This document shows positions 59,142 to 64,000 of a stretch of 64,000 bases of DNA, one piece after another. The notes under the pieces were generated by a model. It saw only the letters and a program-made list of their open reading frames with translations, did not search any database and was not told where the DNA came from. Within the stretch, counting starts at the first letter, position 1. Every line of letters starts with the position of its first letter. The translations under genes were made by a program, and so were the position numbers. Location: NCBI RefSeq assembly GCF_000328665.1, contig NC_019977.1, positions 682,001-746,000 on the forward strand. Reading direction: 5' to 3'. Source of the stretch: Methanomethylovorans hollandica DSM 15978. Its GTDB lineage: Archaea; Halobacteriota; Methanosarcinia; Methanosarcinales; Methanosarcinaceae.

Positions 59142-59894
59142 TGTGATACCCCTATACCAGCTTCGTCAGAGTATGCATCCCTGGCGAAGAGTTTGAACTC
59201 CGGACTATGCCGGCCCCCATCCTATAATCATTTTCTGATCATTTTGCGCTTAGTGAAGCGTGGTTAGCACCATCCAATACATGACTTTTCATCGCAGAAC
59301 AAGGGAATGCCCAGCTCGGACAAAAGACTACATGAGTCAACCCCTTTTTTGCTTTCATTCTTTTTAGCCCGTATTACTATGGGCTTATGCAAGATACTCT
59401 CCACCACCAGTATTACACTACGTCCCCAATGTTATGGCAGAGGTGTTCATGTATTTGCTTATTTGCCAGTCTAACTGAGCCCCATACCTGTAGCAAGTTT
59501 GTTCTTTCAATATCGCAAACTGACCATATACTACTAAACACATAAGTTATATACGCCTTACGACTTACAAAACCTTTTTTAGTGGATTATTATTTTGAAT
59601 ATCACTAATCTTTCAGCTCTTTAAAGAGTTACTGTTCTTTATATTATTAAGAACGCTGAACTATCTGAAAAGCTTGTTAAAATACCAAACCTTAGATATG
59701 AATCAGTTGATCACAGGAATACCGCATGTAAACCTGAGAAAATAGCAGATGCCCTTGGAAAGGTCTCCGAAGGACCATGAAAAAAGCAGGAACAAAAGAG
59801 TTTTAAGGTATTTCTTCTTAAACTCCCGGTCAATATAAATTTGCTGAAACAGGCACGAGACAGCTTTGAAATGCCTTTTTAAGAAAAATGATGC

Positions 59895-60581
59895 TCAGTT
59901 ACTGAACATCGTTCTTGCAGATGCCACAAGCCCTGGCAACATATCAACAGGTATGCTTATGATCATTTCATCTTCTTTTATTTCAGTGTATTTGCGGCTG
60001 CCACTGCACCCCACGGTCACACCTGCTTCGCCTGAAATATATGGGTAAGCTACTCCATCTGCACACACACTCTGTTTACCGGCAAAACTCGCATTGACAC
60101 GGCCACCGTTTTTGTGAAGCAGTGCCTGCGAAAGTTCCATTACCTGTTTTGGATTTGTAATGATAAGGATCACATCAGGATCGAATTTTGTAGTCTCCAG
60201 AGGTGAATACAATACAGCTTTTACGGAATGTGCTGGTACTCTTGGTACTTTTTCCATAGTGTTTTTCGCAGCATCCATAGATCCAAAATGTTTAAGATGA
60301 TAGTACACTTCTCCAGTCTTTAGTTTTTCACCCATTTCTGTAAGTCCCATCACTGCAGCACCGCCTTTGCACATATGATCGTCAATGACCGCATAGAACT
60401 GAGAACCTTTTCTTCTTACATTGTCCACCATTTGGCAATGCCTTATATTCTCTGTTATTCTCGGCACGTCAGCCGGCAATTCTTCGTCCGTTTTAACAAG
60501 ACGTACGGCTACAGGTGATGTTTTCAGATGGAGTATATCTATAAGTTCTTTTCCTAATCTCTGGATCTCTTCGGTGCTCAT
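59895..60581 (-). CDS. DUF169 family protein
   Basis: L...PVAV, RHCQM, C.GGA..MG, QSVCAD, GC.GSR. Confidence 0.8.
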   Translation of the reverse strand: MSTEEIQRLGKELIDILHLKTSPVAVRLVKTDEELPADVPRITENIRHCQMVDNVRRKGSQFYAVIDDHMCKGGAAVMGLTEMGEKLKTGEVYYHLKHFGSMDAAKNTMEKVPRVPAHSVKAVLYSPLETTKFDPDVILIITNPKQVMELSQALLHKNGGRVNASFAGKQSVCADGVAYPYISGEAGVTVGCSGSRKYTEIKEDEMIISIPVDMLPGLVASARTMFSN

Positions 60582-60755
60582 GCAATCTTCTCCTGTGTCG
60601 ATCATAGGTTTTGGTCGGCTGTGTGAATATTATGCAAAGGGGTATATGTAGTTTGTCAACAGAGGATTCTGTTAAGTTAAGGAGTATACAAAAGATGAAT
60701 ATCAACAATATGAAAAATTCCCGGCCACTGTGTCAATAATGGCCGGACCAGCAAC

Positions 60756-63410
60756 TCATACCTTCTGAACAACGTCCAGTACTATCTGGTTATCTCTGAC
60801 ATTCACTATTACGGTGGAGCCTTCGGCAATCTGACCCGAAACTATGAGCTTTGCCATCTTTGTTTCCACCTCGTTCTGGATGACACGCTTAAGTGGTCTG
60901 GCACCGAATGTCTCACTGTAGCCTACCCTGCCCAGGTATTGTTTTGCTTCATCCGTGATCTCCAGCTGTATCCTTTTGTCCCTGAGCCTTGCCACAAGGT
61001 CCGCCACTTTGAGGTCTACTATGTGGACCAGTTCATCGGGCCTAAGCGCATGGAATATGGCAATTTCGTCTACACGGTTGAGGAACTCAGGTCTGAAGTA
61101 CTTGCCAAGTTCATTGAGTGCCTTTGCCTGCAACTGCGCATATTCATGGCCTTCCTTGTGTGTTACCTCCGGCATGCCCTGTTCCGGCCTGTATGTACCA
61201 TCAGGGACGTCCAGCAGCTTTGTCAGGTCACCTGAAAATATGTTAGAGGTCATGATCAAGAGGGTGTTCTTAAAGTCCACTGTCCTGCCCTTGGAGTCCG
61301 TCAGCCTGCCATCATCCAGTATCTGCAACATGACATTGAACACATCAGGATGTGCCTTCTCTATTTCATCAAAGAGCACCACTGCATACGGTCTCCTTCT
61401 CACGGCTTCGGTGAGCTGTCCACCTTCATCATGGCCGATGTAACCTGGAGGTGCACCTATCATACGGGCCACTGTGTGTTTCTCCATATACTCGGACATG
61501 TCGATGCGTATTATGTTGTTCTCGTCATCGAAGAGTTCAGCCGCAAGGGCTTTGGCAAGTTCTGTCTTACCTACACCTGTAGGTCCCAGAAATATGAAGC
61601 TTCCAATGGGTCTCTTTGGGTCTTTGATACCTGCATAGGCACGGATCACCGAATCAGCTACTGCCTTTACAGCTTCTTTCTGACCTATGATGCGCTTGTG
61701 CAGGTTCTCTTCTATATGCACAAGCTTCTCGCGCTGTCCTTCCAGAAGCTTGGTAACAGGGATCTTCGTCCAGACTGAAACGACATCTGCAATATCCTCT
61801 TCACCCACTTCTTCGCTTAAGAGCATCTCATCCTGCGTTCTCTTAAGCGCTTCCTCTTCCTGAGCATACTGGTGCTGCAGGGGGATAAGGGTTCCATATT
61901 TCAGCTTTGAAGCCAGCTCCAGGTTGTTATCGTTCTCGGCAAGCTCAAGCTGCACCTTAGCATCTTCTATCTGTTGTTTGATGGAGTTGAGCTTGGCTAT
62001 TGTTTCCTTTTCCTGGCTCCATCTTGCACGCATGGCATCGGACTCTGCACGGATGTCGGCAAGTTCCTTCTCCAAAGCTTCCAGGCGGTCCTTGGATGCT
62101 TCATCCTTTTCTTTCTTCAATGCCTCCTTTTCGATCTCAAGCTGCATTATCTTACGGTCGGCCTCATCCAGTTCCGCAGGCTTGCTGTCTATGGCAGTTC
62201 TCTTCTTTGCGGCAGCTTCGTCTACCAAGTCTATGGCTTTGTCGGGCAGGAACCTGTCCGCTATGTACCTGTGGCTCATGACAGCCGCGGCCACCAGAGC
62301 TGAGTCCTTGAGACGCACACCATGGTGCACTTCGTATTTTTCCTTAAGTCCACGCAGGATGGATATTGTATCTTCCACCGTAGGCTGTTCCACCATCACA
62401 GGCAGGAAACGGCGTTCCAGGGCTGCATCTTTTTCTATATACTTACGGTATTCGTTCAGCGTGGTAGCGCCTATACAATGCAGCTCACCGCGTGCCAGCA
62501 TGGGCTTGAGCAGATTTCCGGCATCCATAGCTCCTTCTGTGGCCCCGGCCCCTACTATGGTGTGGAGTTCATCAATGAACAGGATTATCTGGCCTTCCGA
62601 TTCCGCAACTTCTTTAAGCACAGCCTTAAGCCGCTCTTCAAACTCTCCCCTGAACTTGGCGCCTGCTATAAGCGCTCCCATATCAAGGGCAATGATGCGC
62701 TTCTCCTTCATGGCATCAGGTACATCTCTCTTTGCAATACGCTGTGCAAGTGCTTCGACTATGGCCGTCTTACCCACTCCTGCCTCACCGATGAGTACAG
62801 GGTTGTTCTTCCTGCGTCGGGAAAGGATCTCTATGGTACGCCTTATCTCCTGTTCCCTGCCGATCACAGGATCAAGTTTGCCCTGTGAAGCCAGCTCTGT
62901 GAAGTCGATACCATACTTCTTAAGCGGTTCCATTGTATCTTCCGGATTCTCTGAAGTAATGCGCCTACCCCCTCTTATTTCCTTGATGGCAGCAAGCAGG
63001 CGGTCCTTTGTGATGCCTTCTCCTGCAAGTATTTTACCTGCTATGGAATCCTTTTCCTCTGCGATCCCTATAAGCAGGTGTTCCACACTGACGAACTCAT
63101 CCTGCATCTTGCCTGCTGTCTTGCTGGCAGAATCCAGCACTCTCCTGAGTGTCTGGGTCATATACACCTGCTCTCCTCCGGGACCGGATACTTGCGGCAG
63201 GCTTGCCAGTTTGTCCTCTACCTTTTCTGTGATCCTGTCCAGGTCAACATCCAGCTTCTGCAACAACGTGGGCACTAAGCCCCCGGTTTGTTCCAGCATT
63301 TCTAGAAGCAGGTGTTCACAATCTATCTGCTGGTTGTGATATCTGGCAGCTATCGTGGTTGAGCCCTGGATAGCCTCCTGGGCTTTCTGAGTGAAACGAT
63401 TCAGATCCAT
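60756..63410 (-). CDS. clpB: ATP-dependent disaggregase ClpB
   Basis: Clp N-domain, [17 protein letters not shown], coiled-coil middle domain, [20 protein letters not shown]. Confidence 0.97.
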   Translation of the reverse strand: MDLNRFTQKAQEAIQGSTTIAARYHNQQIDCEHLLLEMLEQTGGLVPTLLQKLDVDLDRITEKVEDKLASLPQVSGPGGEQVYMTQTLRRVLDSASKTAGKMQDEFVSVEHLLIGIAEEKDSIAGKILAGEGITKDRLLAAIKEIRGGRRITSENPEDTMEPLKKYGIDFTELASQGKLDPVIGREQEIRRTIEILSRRRKNNPVLIGEAGVGKTAIVEALAQRIAKRDVPDAMKEKRIIALDMGALIAGAKFRGEFEERLKAVLKEVAESEGQIILFIDELHTIVGAGATEGAMDAGNLLKPMLARGELHCIGATTLNEYRKYIEKDAALERRFLPVMVEQPTVEDTISILRGLKEKYEVHHGVRLKDSALVAAAVMSHRYIADRFLPDKAIDLVDEAAAKKRTAIDSKPAELDEADRKIMQLEIEKEALKKEKDEASKDRLEALEKELADIRAESDAMRARWSQEKETIAKLNSIKQQIEDAKVQLELAENDNNLELASKLKYGTLIPLQHQYAQEEEALKRTQDEMLLSEEVGEEDIADVVSVWTKIPVTKLLEGQREKLVHIEENLHKRIIGQKEAVKAVADSVIRAYAGIKDPKRPIGSFIFLGPTGVGKTELAKALAAELFDDENNIIRIDMSEYMEKHTVARMIGAPPGYIGHDEGGQLTEAVRRRPYAVVLFDEIEKAHPDVFNVMLQILDDGRLTDSKGRTVDFKNTLLIMTSNIFSGDLTKLLDVPDGTYRPEQGMPEVTHKEGHEYAQLQAKALNELGKYFRPEFLNRVDEIAIFHALRPDELVHIVDLKVADLVARLRDKRIQLEITDEAKQYLGRVGYSETFGARPLKRVIQNEVETKMAKLIVSGQIAEGSTVIVNVRDNQIVLDVVQKV

Positions 63411-63641
63411 ACTTTTTCCCCTATGGTTCTATCCCAAATGATCAATGAACTTTATATGTCTTATAAGCGCTGTTCGACTCACTGTACTTAAAAATGGATA
63501 TTAATCATCCGGAGGGATTTCTCCAGATGACTGACTGTGCTGCTGCCATGGACCAGCATGTAAAAAGGATGGTAGGGCCATGGCCCGAAGGTCATGCCCC
63601 GCACCCAGATACAGGTGCAATAAAAATATAGCCCTTTATGC

Positions 63642-64000
63642 TTACTCGATGAGGATTTTCTTCTTCTCTTCAATCTGCAGTTTTGGCAGTTCCACAGTGA
63701 GCACACCGTTCTCCAGTTTTGCCTTAGCACCCTCTGATGTTACCGCTTCAGGCAGGGTAAGTGTCCTTGAGAACATCTTATATGTACGCTCCCTGCGCAT
63801 GTATCCCTCTTCCTCGCTCTCTGTCTCCGTACCGGACTTTGCCGAGATGCTTATGAGGTTCTCCTGGACGTCGATGTTGACATTCTGCTTGTCAACTCCC
63901 GGAAGGTCGGCTGTCACTAAGAGCTTATCTCCCCGGTCCTGAACATCCACAAGGGGTGCCAGAGTATCAGCTTCGGTCCAGCGGTCTCCCATAGTCATGT
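63642..64000 (-). CDS. Hsp20/alpha-crystallin small heat-shock protein (5' end outside window)
   Basis: PLVDV, ADLPGVDK, RRER....FSR...LP, A.LENGVL.V.LPK. Confidence 0.93.
   Translation of the reverse strand, partial: MTMGDRWTEADTLAPLVDVQDRGDKLLVTADLPGVDKQNVNIDVQENLISISAKSGTETESEEEGYMRRERTYKMFSRTLTLPEAVTSEGAKAKLENGVLTVELPKLQIEEKKKILIE

Noticed and set aside
59150..59880. Possible RNA gene (SRP, RNase P) or small genes in the long spacer
   Set aside because: No recognisable conserved motifs or convincing long stems seen by eye.
61924..63339. 471-aa plus-strand ORF
   Set aside because: Antisense shadow of clpB; Ser/Ala-rich with no domain features, like the other antisense ORFs in the track.

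Overview
Archaeal genomic window; the gene content (fmd operon, cfbA, hmgA, pus10-rpl21e-rpoF-rsmA cluster, PGF-pre-PGF protein) points to a methanogen, most likely Methanosarcinaceae. From about 20.3 kb to the end it is mostly housekeeping genes, plus tRNA-Ala, tRNA-Ile, tRNA-His, two near-identical TnpB-only IS200/IS605 elements and a bacterial-type hsp20-clpB pair. The main discovery candidate is a ~15.4 kb element (about 4902-20272) bounded by an imperfect direct repeat that overlaps the 3' end of tRNA-Ala(GGC). It carries a tyrosine integrase, a GNAT toxin with a small upstream partner, a divergent RHH/AbrB switch with three operator-like repeats, two structured RNA-like leaders that share a TCGCA loop, and a DnaG-type primase and P4/D5 helicase in one frame separated by a single TGA. 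An iteron-type origin sits inside the helicase gene, followed by a decayed type IIG restriction gene, two secreted FG-GAP/lamin-tail proteins (one with a ComEC-like nuclease domain) and a terminase-small-subunit-like gene. No capsid, portal, large terminase or tail genes are recognisable. This is the layout of bacterial phage satellites (PICI/P4-like) in a methanogen; that reading is inference from architecture and needs database and experimental checks. All assignments come from motif recognition by eye; no searches were run.
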